Under the pieces are notes generated by a model. That model saw only the letters and a list, made by a program, of their open reading frames with translations, ran no database searches and was not told the origin of the DNA. This document shows positions 12,591 to 26,362 of a stretch of DNA of 64,000 bases, piece by piece. The translations under genes were made by a program, and so were the position numbers. Origin of the DNA: Lama glama (Eukaryota); NCBI GenBank assembly GCA_028534125.1, contig CM052818.1, positions 25,484,001 to 25,548,000 on the forward strand, written 5' to 3'. Numbering within the stretch: the first letter of the stretch is position 1; each line of letters begins with the position of its first letter.

Positions 12591-15500
12591 AATATATAAT
12601 CAGTTGTACCAGTTTATTATAAAGAACATTGATCATGTAAATTTTTAATCAAAATCTTACTGTATATGATAGAAAAGGTCACAGATAATAAATTAAATAA
12701 CTCAAAAAAGATTCATTTAGGTTTTGATGAACTGTCAGTTTTCTGCATCTCAAGGTAAGTAGGATCAATTCTTTATTCTGTCCTAAAATTCAATGTATGT
12801 ATAGAATCTGAGTCCTGATGTTTACATACTAAATCACTTAATGTATCAGTTGATCTGAGAGGTAATGGCTCTACAAATTCAGGGGGCCAAAAAAAATCAC
12901 CTGAGTGCATTTAAAATGCAGGTTCCTGGGCCCCACTCTTAAATATTCCAATAAAGTGGGGCTGAAATAGTACCCAGGAATCTGCATTTTACAAGTGCCC
13001 TCATGGAGAAGATAATATGTTAGTAAAGACTTGAAGGAGGTGAGAGACTGACATGAGGTTCTACAGAAACACTGTCCCTGAGCAAGAGACTTTCTAATTT
13101 TATGCCCCAGAGTAAACTATTTGTCATATGATAAAATAACCCACTGCATGGAACCCCAGAGTATTGCTCCATAAATCCCTGGTTCTCCCAGGTTCTAATC
13201 CTGGAATCAGAGAAGCAGGACAACCCTTGCTTGGGGTTGTATACAGACCCCACGGGGATACAGAAGGGACCTGTTGCCACTCCCAGCTTGTGCAAAAATA
13301 TCCATGTCAACTTTTGGTGGAGAGCTGCTTATCAACCCAAACATTTGAGGTGCTATCTATGGTCTCCCATGAAAACTCTGCTTCTCCAGAGGACTGGAGG
13401 CAACAGATTTCAGCAGTTTCCAAGCTCTTTCCCACCATGACTTCATTCCTAGTGCAGGAACATACATTTAATATCATTAATATCATTAAAGATCTTATCT
13501 CTGTCAATTTACAGTACTACCTAGAAAGATTATGAAATGAGCTGGAACAACATAGAAAGGAGTAGCAAACTTTTTTCTTTTTCATAGATGCTTTCTAATG
13601 CTAGATGCTGTGGAAGTGGCAGTGGCGCCTTTAACTGCTTCTGAAGACAACTGTATTTTATTTCCTTTGTGATTGACATTTTTCTTTTAAAAAAATGAAA
13701 TGCAGGAAGGTAAAGTGACAATCCTGAATCTCTTTGTCAAATTATGAGTAGAAATTAATTCCTGTAGCCTCGCTCTATGAGAGCATCACCATTAACATTG
13801 GCATCAACCATCTACTGAGCACCTACTATGTACTCTCAATCTAGAGGTGAAAAGAACTTTGAAAGATACGGTATAGCTCCTGCCCTTGCGGAGACTTACG
13901 TTCTTGGGAAGACAAGACACAGCAAAAGATAGACAAGTTTCACAAAGGATGAGGACGCTTAAACTGGGTCTTGAAGATCAGCAGAGAGGAAGGAGGCTAG
14001 AGAAAAGGCATGAAGCAAGTGAGCCCAAGCAAGGTGCATGGCTTTCCAGGAAAGAATAGAAGCCCAGCTTCTTTCAGGTACAGTAGTTCACCAGAATTGC
14101 AAAGAGGGAGATGGTAACCAGGGAGAAAACTTGGAACCATACTGAACAAAGAGACACAGCCTTGAATGTCAAGTCAAGGAGTTTGGAATTTGACTGTAGA
14201 CAAATAAGAACAGTCAAAGAGTTTCACACAAAGCAGTGTTTGGGAATATTCACATGTTAGAGATACATGGGATTGATGGGAGCAGAGAATACATGCGCGC
14301 AGTTAGAAAGCTACCGGAAAAGATCCAGATATCAGGTGATAGAGACCCAGAGAGTAGCAGTATCAATTATGACTAGTCTTATAAGCTAATTTCATAAAAA
14401 TAACTTAATTGAGTTGTGCTACAGGCATTGCATCAAGATATTTCAAAGGATGTTATCCAAATGAAAATTTGGGAGGTATGTGATAGTTCTGAAAGCTTCC
14501 TCAGTAATTGATCATTTTTATGATAAACAATATGAAGGGAAAAGAAATTTTGTTTTTTATATTTTATTTAAAAGGTTGTGTCTCTTGTTCACTTTACATG
14601 TCCAGTCACTTTCAAGCACTGCCCCTCAAAACTTTTCTGGCCTCATAATAGAAATCTAATTTCAAAGGAATTCATTAATTTCAGGAAAATGAAAAGCTTG
14701 GCTTCAACTTAAATATTGGAAACTCCAAAAAGTTGGCAGTGATCCTTTAAGTGTTCCAGACATCTATTGTTCAGGATGCTAATAGATGGGTTCCTAATTA
14801 GTCATGAGATAGTGGGAAGAAAACTTGTAACACTTAGAAGTTAAACTTCCCCAATTTTAGCAAACAAGAACAGCCATTTCTCCATTACTGCAGGAACAGC
14901 CTCTGGAGAAGTCAGCTGGAGAACCAAGATTCTGAAGGAATAGTAACCCGTCCCCCTACTTATGGATAACTACCTAAAAATAGAGACAAATTGTTTAAAG
15001 CTAATTTTTTTTACTGTTACCATCTTGACGTTTGGGGTATGTTAAGGATGTGGACCTATATCTATGTGGAAATGGAGCACATTTTATTGACCCATAGCCA
15101 GTCAAGCTTCGTTGCAATGATTCCTCTGCCTGAGCTGTAAGAACTTAGTTTTTTTTTTTTTACAACTTACTGCTGGAAAACAGAATAAGGTACTGCTAGC
15201 CCTAAGTTCTCAATCTGACTTGGCGTTTTTTAACACTGTGTGTGAGCCTAAGTACTGATGTTGTTTCCACCTCCTTTACAGACTGAAGAAAGTCTTTGAA
15301 GAGGATGTGGCTAAATCAGTGCTTTTTTCCCCCCAGTCCATCTGGTCATGAGTGTTTGTGACACTCGGGGTCTGTAGTGGATCTCTGAATCCTGAGTACT
15401 CAATAAAACATACCCTCTGGACTTGTTCCCGTCTGCAGCACAACCTATGGGAGGGAAAAGGCTTCTCTGGCCTCCCGGTTTCTAGGGAAACCACGGCTCC

Positions 15501-15895
15501 CTGTCCTGATTTTCATAACCATAGAACAAGAGGAATACTACTCTTAAGGTTCTCTTCCTGTTTGGAGATCAGTATGTCTTTAAGCTTTGAACCTTCTGTG
15601 TCATGGTTTAAGCACAAATTTTCCACAACTCAGATTTGCAACATGTAAAATACAATTCTGCTAACTGATCCTTTGTCTTAAGGGATGTTAGGCACTGCCT
15701 TGGGGGTTTTGGAAGACAGGTCAAAACAGAACTGGCCCCAACATAGTGTATTATTAGTCTAAGGACACTGGGATGAATTAATAAACTAAATGCCTACCTA
15801 GGAAGCATAAAATTCACATCCACGTTAAATATGAACATGCTCAATATCATACTGGGGGAATGACTTCAAGGTGGAAGTTTTTGTTCTTACAAACA

Positions 15896-15901
15896 TTTAT
15901 T
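15896..15901 (-). terminator. ARHGEF33: Candidate polyadenylation signal for the distal ARHGEF33 last exon
   Basis: TTTATT on + (AATAAA on -), about 305 nt after the TAA at 16207; other candidates at 15083 and 14563. Confidence 0.45.
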
Positions 15902-16086
15902 TTCCTCCAAATGTATGATGTTTTTCTGTAATACTGTGAAAAGTCTTCGTTTCCCCTTTCCCAAGTGTTGAGGTTCAAAAAGCCAGCTCTCAACCATAGA
16001 CTAATCTTCATCTCTTCAATGTCTTGTATGTTGATTTGGTTTCATATGTAAGTATTTATATTAGTTTCCCTCAGGGATTTATACAT

Positions 16087-16088
<2 letters not shown>

Positions 16089-16138
<50 letters not shown>
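16089..16138. repeat. (AT)n microsatellite in the distal ARHGEF33 3'UTR
   Basis: About 20 uninterrupted AT units plus an interrupted extension, read directly. Confidence 0.95.
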
Positions 16139-16206
16139 TCCTACACAGATATATACAAGCTTTTTATCCTCATCTTACCACTTGACAATACAACTTTAAG
16201 TATGTT

Positions 16207-16336
16207 TTACACAGCTGTTCCTTGGTCAAGGTCATTTGCAAGAGCAAGTCGGTTTCTGAAGAAATCTTGTTTGGTGGGTGAAGGATCCATTGAGGGGTTC
16301 TCATTAGTTTTTTCCCTGTATTCTGATCCACTGGAC
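16207..16336 (-). CDS. ARHGEF33: ARHGEF33 distal alternative last coding exon, (K)SSGSEYREKTNENPSMDPSPTKQDFFRNRLALANDLDQGTAV*
   Basis: Acceptor gagattttag; phase 2 matches the 23259 donor; 42 open codons ending in TAA; matches my recollection of the longer ARHGEF33 C-terminus. Confidence 0.85.
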
Positions 16337-16799
16337 CTAAAATCTCAGCACACAGATAAAGTACAGGTTGATTTGGTTTTAATTGTTTTCAAATATTTTA
16401 TCTATCCAAATTGTCTTGTATTTGTAAAACAGTTGCTTTCTAGATCTGGAATAATTTTTACTTCCCCTGAATTTCATGACTCAGGACATGTGTATCTAAG
16501 ATTTGTATGAATATAAAAAGATTACCTTTGTGATACATTATGGGGACAATGGTGACAACTGTGTATGTCAGTGTAAGAAACAGTGTAATAACACTCTAAA
16601 AGGGGTATAAAGGCTTAGAAAATTCAAGAAATCCTATTTTTGATTTGATGAAGTAACTACTCTGCAAGTTACCAAGGCCCTTAAATTTTTAAGGGATGGA
16701 ATTCATTGTTCTCAACCAAAGTTATCAAGGGCCCTTACTTAATTTGGGCATTACATTACAAACTCTTGCTTTTGCTTGTTTTCATTTTTAAATGAAAAA

Positions 16800-16805
16800 T
16801 TTATT
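16800..16805 (-). terminator. ARHGEF33: Candidate polyadenylation signal for the proximal ARHGEF33 last exon
   Basis: TTTATT on + (AATAAA on -), about 1.3 kb after the TGA at 18122 and upstream of the distal exon acceptor. Confidence 0.45.
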
Positions 16806-18121
16806 GAAGCCAACCACACATATATGCCACATTTGGTAGAATGCAGAAATTAGTACAGTAATCAGATTTAAGGGTATTCTATGATCTCAACCACCACAAA
16901 GGAGACCAAGCCCAAACAAGAGTCAACAACGTAAACAGTCCACTTGAGTCCCCAGTCCAGGGTGCATTCTTCCTTTCTCTCGGTTAAGCCAGGTGGGTAA
17001 TCCATTCCAGCTCTGCACCTTCTCCAGTTTGTTCATGTCAGAAGTCCCTAGAGGGAGGAGGCTTTCTGGAAACAACCTCTGACAGGCTAGGCTGGGGCCC
17101 TTTGGCTAGCTTTAACTCTGAGCTAGAATGGGTAAAACGAGCCCAGGGACTGAGAACCAACGTCAAGAGACCTCATGCGAGGTGTGTGAAAGGGACGCTA
17201 GACACGAAGTTCTCTGTCCAGAGCTCCTGCACACTGAACAAGTGCCCTGCGTGCAGAGGCAGAGGCGGGCAGGCCTCCACCATCCACAACAGAAGGGTAG
17301 GTTCTTGCACTGTCATGGATGTGCTGGGGGAGTCCTCACTGCTGGTAGTAGGTAGGTTAATTATGACTCTACCATTTACTGGATTAACTGGGCAGAATTC
17401 AAACACCCCCTTTACATTATTCCAGGAAAGAAGCTGGATCCACACAAGGACTAAAATTCCTGAGGTCTGGAAACCTGGTGACTGATGTGCTTTCCGCCTT
17501 GATATTTGGTATCACAGATGGAGCCATAGCTGCCTACTATGCTTTCTACTTGTGGTCAGTAAGGAGAACTTTTCTCTGCATCGCGGTGCACAGAGGAAAA
17601 CCTGTTCTCTCCTCAACCCCAGTACATCTGAGTATTTATCAAATAAGATGAAGCTGGGTGGGGTGAAAGTCCTCTTCCTTTGCAGAAGCCCCCTGGGAAC
17701 TCCCCCTTGTAGCAGCCTCCACAGGCCCCACCCTAAAGCTCCAGGCCTTCTCTCAGAACTCCCAGCTACTTCCAGTTCAAATCAGCCCTGGTTAGTACCC
17801 CTGTGCCCAAAATGTTAGGAAGATAGATTTTTGACCATTTCATTCTTTCTCCGTATCTTCTGTCATCCAGAAGACTAGGAATGCCTATAGTTTTGGGGGC
17901 AGAAAGCAGGAAGCAAGATTTGAATCTGGCTGGTGTTGCTTCTAAATTGTTTCCCCACGTGACAGTTTCTCGTCAGAAAGTCATTCGTCACAACTTAAAA
18001 TCTTTACCTTACATTTCCCCTCTTAGCTATGTCTGATCTCTCCAAAACCCAACATGTCATACTTTGATGGTTCCAACATGCAACTGTTTCATGTTTACCT
18101 GCAAATGGGAAAGCTTTGATG

Positions 18122-18173
18122 TCACCACCAGCCCCAAGGACCACAGAAATCTTCACCAGTTGCGTTCCCATTT
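18122..18173 (-). CDS. ARHGEF33: ARHGEF33 proximal alternative last coding exon, (K)NGNATGEDFCGPWGWW*
   Basis: Acceptor tttgtttcag, phase 2; peptide matches the human ARHGEF33 C-terminus GPWGWW as recalled. Confidence 0.9.
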
Positions 18174-21100
18174 CTGAAACAAATGCCAAAATCGCCCTGT
18201 CTAGTTTTCAAAGTCCACAAACTCAGCTTAGTTTTTTCTTTTTTAACTGCTCTTCTCACAAACCACCTTCTCTGCACCTGCAGGTGTGTGAATGGCTTCA
18301 CATTTCTTGATATTAACTAACTAATAATTAACTAATGGCTAACTTGCTAATCATTTTTTAACTCCAGCATTCTCCTGTAGCCATGACTAAAAGCTCATTT
18401 TCATCCCTTTAAAGATATTTTTAACTGACCTCTTTCTAATGCTTACATGGTACAAGGCCACCTCAACTCTTGGACTCTTCCAAAGGTGTGGCTGTAAGGC
18501 TCTGAAGTAATGCATACCTAAATTACTGGGGAATGACCTGCGGAATCTAGCAGGAAGAGGTAATGTACTTGCTTTTATCCCCTTTCTCTACAAAACAGAA
18601 ATGGCTTTTGAGTTCTTGGAGCCATCTTGGCTGACTGCAGGGCAGACCTGAGCCAGACGTAAAGGGCCAAGCAGGCAAACACTTGCTGGGTAAGAGTATG
18701 ATGCTGCCAGTATGTTCTGACACAGGACCTTCCGGGAGTTTGATGCAGAGAGAACAGACCTGTTGCTAATTTTCCTCCCACTTGACTGACAGGGACAAAG
18801 AAAATAACAAGTTGGGTAGGTAATACGAGTATAGATTTGCTACAATAAAGCCTTAGAGTTTGTCTGGAGCTGGGGGAGCGGGGAGGGCTGGAATCAGTGC
18901 CACGGGACCCTCTGACCTACGAAGGGTTGGTTTTCTGACTGGAAAGATTGTCCGCCTTGGAAGCTTGAGGAGACATGTACCTGGAGAGGGAAGGGACCAG
19001 GGGAACACCCATCCTGTCGGCCAGTTGGTCCCGGTAACCAACAGGGTGACAAATGAGCGTTCATTTAATATGTATTTCTTGAGTGCTTACTGTCCTGAGT
19101 ACTAAACCTTGTAGCTGTTTACTCTTACATTTGGATGGTCAATTCCTAAGGACAGAACCTAGGACACTGAAGACCCTTAACTTAGTGATTGATTTCAAAT
19201 GACTTACTGAGAAACATTTATAATCAGCTCTAAGTAATCTAAAATGTTACCCCTTCAACCATCTACCTCAGTTTTAAAGTTACATAAGGAAGTGAAATAG
19301 GAAATGAGAGTGAACCCCAGAGTGGGTGAGAATGCGGCAAGACCTGCAGGCAGGCTTTATTTAGGGGGACAGAGAAGAAGGTGAGGGTAAAATGATCAGT
19401 TGATTCTTTAGTCCGGCTTTCTGTGATACAGTCTGTTCCACAGCCGAGGCTGGGCAGACGCAAAAACAGTGGACAGGACACAAAAGAAGAGGACTCATTG
19501 ACACTCAATTATATAGGGCCCTGCAGAAGTCCTCTCTGTACAGTGTGTGATTAAGAAAATAGAGACTTTTGTGGAGATTGGTAGAGGGAGGGTGATGATT
19601 GGGAAGGAGATACTCTGAGGCATTTAAGTTACAAAGTGCGAAAGAGGAAGAGAATGGGTGAGGAAGTAGAATTAATCATTTGGAAGTCATATTCTTTGTC
19701 TTCCACTCCCCCCAGATTTGAGGATGAAAAGAGAGCTTCTACAGTCCCCGCCCCTAAACTGCCCCACAAAACTCTCTTCCCCTGTGCCCCACCCCCAACC
19801 AAGAACACTTATTAGCCTAAGTACAAGATTCATAAAGATGAATGGCATTTGCCTCAGACTTCAGGATGGTCTAGATTTATGTTTTTGAAAGCCTCCAGAG
19901 AGAGATCCTTATAGAATGGGATAGTCTGCCTTCCATCCTGCTCAAAGGCAGGGGAGTAAGGATTCAGTCCAGCATCAGCCTATCACATTAGGTCTGTTCC
20001 TGGCTTCTAAAAATTCTCATTTAAAAATTTTATAATCACTTAACATTTTCCAACTTGAAGATATGTAGTCTTTTTTCTGATCAATTCTGGGCAGCTTTCA
20101 GGGACATGTGACCTGGTGTCTACCCAGGACAAATGTGCCTGAGATAGAAACAATCAGAGCATCATCCTTTTACCCAGATATCCTGGGCATTTTTCAGGAT
20201 TTTTTTATGATGTCAACTTGACTCTCCCTTCTGAATCCTTGTGGGAATGAGCATTCGGCCCTCCCAGCCTCAGAGGGAAGAGAACCCTTTCTCAGGTTTT
20301 CTGTTGCATCTGGCTCCAGGCCTAGCTTCATCCCGAAGCAGCATTCTGGGTGTGTGGGGCCACCAGCCAAACAAGCCCCTACGGATACAAAAAGTGTGTC
20401 AGTGTAGACGGAATGAGCCTCCAGAGGGCTGTGGGGGAGGCAGGCAGCGAGCCCCAGGTGTGACAAAGATGGCTTTTCTGGTGCTAGTCCATTTTGGACC
20501 TCTGAGGCCAGCCTCTTTTTTTCCATGGTTCCAGTACCCAGAATTAACCACATCTTGAAGTCACAGGGCTTGCTGCCAGCCTGACCTCCCGACATACAGG
20601 AGGAGGAGGAGGGGCTGAATGTCTCTGGTTCCTCCCTGTACTTGTCCACATGCCTGGCTTCAGAGTCCAAGTTTCTAATAACGGCTGGGACCAAGCAAGT
20701 TATTCACGATTCCTAGACAAATGTCTCACACAGTATACGCACATAATAAAGAATGTTTCATTAAGGAGAAGAATCGTGTGTTCTCATCTGAGTTAAGAGC
20801 CACTGAACTTTCTGTGCTATGTTGGGGTCTCCCTGCCCTTCCTCTCCACCTTAGGATAATGGAACAAACTTTTCATGGTTCGTAGATGAAAACACTCAGG
20901 AGAAGCTACTCAAACTGCTTATTTATACCCTGCCAAGTCCCCAGCGTGCCACCACATGATGGTGCTCACAGTCCTACACAAGATGTAAAAAGCCAGAGGG
21001 AGCAGCCATCTGTGTGGTGCCACCTTTACTTCCATCCGTGTGACACTTCAGATTGTAAATACAAGGGCAGTGCCAGGACTGGTGGCAGCAACAGAACTGA

Positions 21101-23258
21101 TGCAGGAGGGACTAGTCTAGGAGAAAGGATAAAAGGACTGAGGGGATCCACCCAGCCCTCTAGGAAGAAGCCTAAAAAGCTGCAAGAGGGCTGAAAGCAA
21201 TTAACCAGCAGGAATTTGGAGAGTCCACAGCCAAGTCCTCAGCATCGAACCAAGGGCAGTAGGGGGGCTAGAGAAAGATAAAATCTGGTCTTGTCCATTA
21301 TGTGTCTTTAAAATTATAGGTCCCAAAGCCATATTCATTTCTTGTTTCAGATGTTAAAAAGATATGATCACCCAGACTGATCTACAACAAAGTCAAGCTA
21401 CAGAAGAAGCAAATCTCAGGACTAGAACTCACTCGGGCGTCAGTTCCACCCAGGGCGGAAATCCCTTTCATAGCTTCCCTGACCAGGGCCATCTAGCTTC
21501 CCCAGAAGAGGACCCACTCCTTCACGCGGCAGCCAACCCCAGTTCCAGGCAGCTGCATTTTTAGAAAGTCCTTCCTCCTACCCGTTGCTCCTAGTTCTGC
21601 CCCCTGCATACAGAGAGGACAAGTCCACGCCCTCTGCCTCAGGTAACTGGCAGAGTTTGCTTACATCTCTGCAAAACGGGAATTTGTAAAGGAACCAGTG
21701 GTAGATCCGTGACTCACTGCTCTCCAATGGTACCCAGTCACGATAAATGGCACTGGGCAGAAAGTGGCTGTCTGCTTTGGAAATAATGTGGTTTTAAAAC
21801 AAAAATAAATAAAATTTTAAAAATAAATAAATAAATAAAAATTACAAGATAGGCTCAAGCAGTCCCCTTAGGAGTCTGGAATCCTTAGAAGGATTTAGGA
21901 GCCTAATCCCAAGGTCAGGCCGGACAGTTGTTAGCTTCCAGGCCTCTCCCCCCCCCCCGACAAACTCAAGGTAAGTACTGGGTCAGAAAAGACCTAAATC
22001 TGTGATCCTAGAGTGAGAGATACAATTCTTAGCTCGTTACCCAATGAATAAAGGGCGTCTGGCAGGAGGCATGCATGCGTGGGCCCAGTTTAGCAAAACT
22101 GAAAGGGGGCTCAGGAGTAGGGCTGCCTCTCCCCTTCCCTCTTCTTCCAGGGCCAGCAGGCGGGGACCAACAGAGACCCACTAATCTCAGTACTACCCTC
22201 CCCATAGGAGAGGAATTTGACGAACCATCCACCAAAGTCCTCACTCCAGGCCAGCCCCCAATTCTTCCAAGACCATTATCTAAATCAGCCAGAAACCTCC
22301 ACCCTCAAGGACAAAGTGACTTCCCTACACTTCCTCACTTACCGGCAACTCTCCAGAGGCAGCAATAGTGTCTTTAGCTTTTCCACCCACTAAAATATGA
22401 AGACTTAATGTTTAAAACCTAAAGCAAGAACCTCCTCTACCAAGAGAAACTAAGGCACAGTCTCCATAAGGGAGAGGGCAGTCAGCCTGAGGACCAGTGG
22501 AGAGGGAGCCAGCCATCTCCCAGGCAGGCAGCGGCCGGCCTGCAGAATCCCCCTACGTCAAATGCTAATGCTCAGCTCTTCCTTCTTACATTTCATGCTG
22601 GGCTTTGGCCACGGTCTCCCAGTCTATGAGACAGTGCTAATAAGTGCTGGCCAAAATGACCGGTGGGTGATTTCATACAGTAAGGACCACAGAAGGGAAA
22701 TGCCTTGTTTTTGCCTCCTATGGAGTATGGAAACTCCATTAAAGTGATTTTTTTTTTTAACTAGTGCCCAAGCCATATCCTTCAATCATTTCTGCTAGGG
22801 ACAACATTAGCAGAGGTCCCCCCAAACATGCGCGAGCAACCAGGATAACTACAGGCCCAGCTGGCAGAGCGCTGCGATGCCTGGGCAACTCCCCGCCGGT
22901 GGGGAGATTCGCAATAGTGGGTCCCACTCCTCCCGGGCAAAGGGGATTTGACTGTCACCAGCTCACTTCCCAGGGGACCTCCTCTGCTCACCTCTTTCAA
23001 GACACATGATTTTGGGAACAAGGAAGGTAGGACTAAAAGATAGAAGAGGCAGAGGACAGAGCTGCGTTTGCTTTTACTCTAGGAGAGTACAGTGAGAAAC
23101 ATCTTCACCTGGCAGGAATCGTGGCTACTGGGTGCAGGCACTGAGCTTTGAAGCAGTTGTGTGAAACCAGGCTACTTGATACTTATGACTGTTAAACCCT
23201 CAAGACTCAGCCCACAGGGAAATGAGTTACAATGCTGTCTTGTCTAAGGGCTACTCAC

Positions 23259-23398
23259 TTCTTTTTAAAGAGCTTGCGGAAGGAGCTGCGAAAGCCCCCT
23301 TTCTGGTCTTGCCTGGGGTTTTGATCGCTGAAAGATGTTTGTTCGCTTTCTCTTTCCTCCTTTGGACAGAATCTGGTGGCATCTTCTAAGTGCATCTC
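23259..23398 (-). CDS. ARHGEF33: ARHGEF33 coding exon EMHLEDATRFCPKEERESEQTSFSDQNPRQDQKGGFRSSFRKLFKK(K)
   Basis: Acceptor ttttcag, donor gtgagt, phase 0-2, 140 nt open. Confidence 0.95.
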
Positions 23399-23936
23399 CT
23401 GAAAACACAAGAGAGAGGTGTATTTTTACTCTTTTCCAAAGATAATATCGATCCTGACTAGGGGACAACTTTTTTAACTTTGTCACCGTCCCTCTCCCTC
23501 CCTAAAAGACTAACGGTGGGCACCCTGTTCCCCTAAGCAAGCCTAGGCTAATTAAGAATCAGTTGAAAAGAGGAAAATTTTCTCTTGAGTGTAGAGGTAT
23601 TTTCTACCTGTCAAAGCAAATAGTCTAGAGTAGGATTATGATATAACAACAATTAAAGGTCAGGAAATAAAGGAAGATTAACTTCTTACTCGGGTAACAA
23701 TACTATCTTGCTGGAAAACCACTAGTAGTTCCCTCAAAGCTCTGGGTATGTTTCTCTCTCTACAAAATAAGAATGTTCCTTGATTATAATACTAGTTTTA
23801 AACTTGTGTTCCTAATTCTCCATTTTAGACACTAATGAGGGAAGGCGTTTTTGAGAGGTCAAATTTGTTTAGAAGTAAATGTCAACTAATATTTCCAACC
23901 TGCACATATGCCTTTAATACATGTTTTATAATTCTT

Positions 23937-24029
23937 TTTTTTTTATTTTGATAGAGGTACTGGGGAATGAACCCAGGACTTCATGCTTGCTAAGCGCACA
24001 CTCTACCACTGGGCCATACCCTCCCTCCC
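23937..24029 (-). mobile_element. tRNA-derived SINE (Vic-1-like), short copy
   Basis: Reverse complement reads gggagggtatggcccagtggtagagtgtgcgcttagc...cctgggttcattccccagtacctc plus A-tail; near-TSD ttttataattctt / ttttacaattctt. Confidence 0.85.
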
Positions 24030-24382
24030 ATTTTTTACAATTCTTAATCCATGCTATTTACAGTGTGAAGTAAAAATAAATTTAAAAAATAAGGTCCTCT
24101 CTTTTGTGAACTCTTTTTAAAAAGCAGCCAAAAATAGCTGCTTGATTTTGAATCCAAAAAAGAGAATTTGAGAAGTCAAAGCAAAAACCACCATGGAAGT
24201 TTCATGAATTGGATGGGTGACTACTTGCTGATAGAGAAGCAAAGAGTGGGGATGAATTTTTTTCAGAAAACATGGGTTTGACTATGAGACTTTAACTTGG
24301 AGTTGTAGTAGCAGAGCTAGAGGTTTTCTGAGATCTTCCTAAGATTCATAACTTAACTGTGGAGATCAGCATCTCGGTGGCT

Positions 24383-24710
24383 TAGTGCGGTGTTTCTGAA
24401 AGTGTGGTCCTGAGGCTACAGGATCAGCTGAGGCTTCTAATAAAACTCAGATTCCTGAGCCCTACCCCAGACTTTCTGAAACAGAATCTCTGAAGTTAGA
24501 CCTAGACAATGGTTTTGCACACTTAGATTTTGAAAACCAGTGGTTTAAGGTAATCTCCTGCCCACCTGCACTTAATGTTTACATGAATCACCTAGAAATT
24601 CTGCTAAAATGCTCAGCACAGATGGAGCCCAAATTCTGCATTTATAACAAGCTCCTGGGTGATAATATTCACTACTAGCCCAAGGACCATAATTAGAGAA
24701 GTGGTCCTTT
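24383..24710. mobile_element. MER5-like DNA transposon fragments (boundaries approximate)
   Basis: Motifs tttctgaaagtgtggtcc, cagattcctgagccctaccccagac, gaatcacctagaaatt and tctgcatttataacaagctcctgggtgat are typical of MER5A/B. Confidence 0.6.
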
Positions 24711-24784
24711 TAGGCACTTTTTAGGAACTAAATCTATTTATAATTTAAGGAAAATATTTCTCTGGAATCACAATCTTGATAATA

Positions 24785-25025
24785 TCTTGCATTTTTATAA
24801 CATTCTATACTTTACAAAGCATATTCACAAACTTTATCTTCTTTGGCCTTATCCTCACAACAACCCTGTGAGGTAGGTAAAGTACATACTGTCTCATTTT
24901 CACAGATGCGAAAACTGGAGGCACAGAGAAGCCAAATGAACTGTCCAAAAGCACACAGCTATTTGGCAACAGAGTCAAGACTAGAACTCAGATCTGACAC
25001 CTAGTCGGGTGCTCTTTTTTCACTA
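24785..25025 (-). mobile_element. MIR SINE
   Basis: Core motif atcctcacaacaaccctgtgaggtagg...cattttcacagatgcgaaaactggaggcacagaga. Confidence 0.75.
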
Positions 25026-26324
25026 AAGCATACTGTCCTCTTTCTTGACTCTTAGAGACAGAACAATTTAAAAACTAGGGTTGGGCTGGCTCTGAGGGCA
25101 GCGGTGGGAGATACACAGAGTATATTTGAGGAGATGGAACACCAGGAACTTTGCACATCTCAGTAGGAAAGAGCTGATACCTTTAAAGATGGGGCTTTTG
25201 AAGGGTTAATCTTTTGCAAGTAAAACCCCCATCTTGCTCCCACCTCAGACACACTCACAAACAGGCACAGATACACACATGTACACGTACAGATGAATGC
25301 ACACATACACACACACATGCAGGGCCACCCCTACTAGCATGCTCACCCACAGCCTCTGCCCACCTGGACTCTGCATGCCACTTTTCTCTAGGACTCCCAC
25401 CAATCCACGCCTTCTGAGCTTTTAGAAAGAAAAATTTTATCCATAAACAGAAATATGCAGTGTGAACTTTGAAAAATTCATATGCTTGGAAAATTTACTG
25501 ATAACTGAAAGAGAAAAGGCCTCTATTAACTGACCTCCATTTGATACCTCCTTGGTGTCACTTTCTGAACTGACTGGACTCTGTCTGATACTGTCAGGGG
25601 ATAAAACTTGCTCTCTAGTATGTCTGATTAACAGTCCCTGATAAATTGTTGTTATTTGGTATGTCTGATACATAGCCACAGATATTTTACTCATTGTTTG
25701 CTTCTCAGCAATTAAAATATTTGCTTAGCAAGTAAAATACTACTTGTTATTTCTAATGAATGGTTTTTGCCTGGCATTTGTTGAGCTCCCAACCTTTCAC
25801 ATGTCAACTAGGGAAAAGAAGACATTTCTATGAACATATGAAATAAAAGCATTCTTTGCAGCTTAAACTACACTAGTTACAGGGTTTTGTATGTAAATCT
25901 CTGCCCATCTCAAGTCACTTTGAATTGGCACTATTATTTCCTTTCTACTTCCCTGGTTAATGAACTTTGACACATGCCTAACTTTGATTGTCTAGGTAAT
26001 TTTGCTTAATGGAGTTTTATAAAGTTCAGGGTTGAATATCGGAGGCAGAAGGAAATCTGAGAATCCCGGGGAGCCTCAGCAGCCTTAGCTGAGCACATGA
26101 AGGAGTTTTTACCCTCTCAGGAACAAGACACAGACTTTCATTCCTGGAGTCCAGGTGGGCTGCAAGCTCCAAGGCTTTTCATGTGCCCTTTTCTCTGCCA
26201 TAATGTCCACTACTCCCACGTGGCACAGTATGCAAAAGGAAAGGCTCACCCTGCTTTATTTTTTGTAAAGGCTCATGAGCCTTTTTTCCTATTTCCCTAC
26301 CCCACCCTTCACCTAGCCAACTTC

Positions 26325-26362
26325 TATCAGCACCACGCTCTAACCAACTGAGCTAACCGGCC
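26325..26362 (-). pseudogene. Tailless retropseudogene of a 5' half of tRNA-Ile
   Basis: Minus strand reads GGCCGGTTAGCTCAGTTGGTTAGAGCGTGGTGCTGATA, the tRNA-Ile 5' half ending in the anticodon loop. Flanked by a 14-nt direct repeat ctagccaacttcta (26313-26326 and 26370-26383); no poly(A). Confidence 0.88.

Noticed and set aside
15276..15494. Possible third ARHGEF33 terminal exon (72-aa minus-strand ORF)
   Set aside because: The ORF frame does not match the phase-2 donor; the available acceptor has a poor pyrimidine tract and gives only 11 residues before a stop. More likely 3'UTR.
16960..17485. Overlapping ORFs suggesting a retrogene
   Set aside because: No recognisable parent protein, poly(A) or TSD; lies in the proximal ARHGEF33 3'UTR and partly resembles an old CR1/L3 fragment.
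20194..21194. 166-aa, 105-aa and 102-aa ORFs in the last ARHGEF33 intron
   Set aside because: No domain or matching splice phases found; region includes probable LTR-derived sequence.
26325..26362. Functional tRNA-Ile(GAT) gene
   Set aside because: Only the 5' half is present, with no T-arm, B box or 3' acceptor strand; the TSD indicates a retrocopy.
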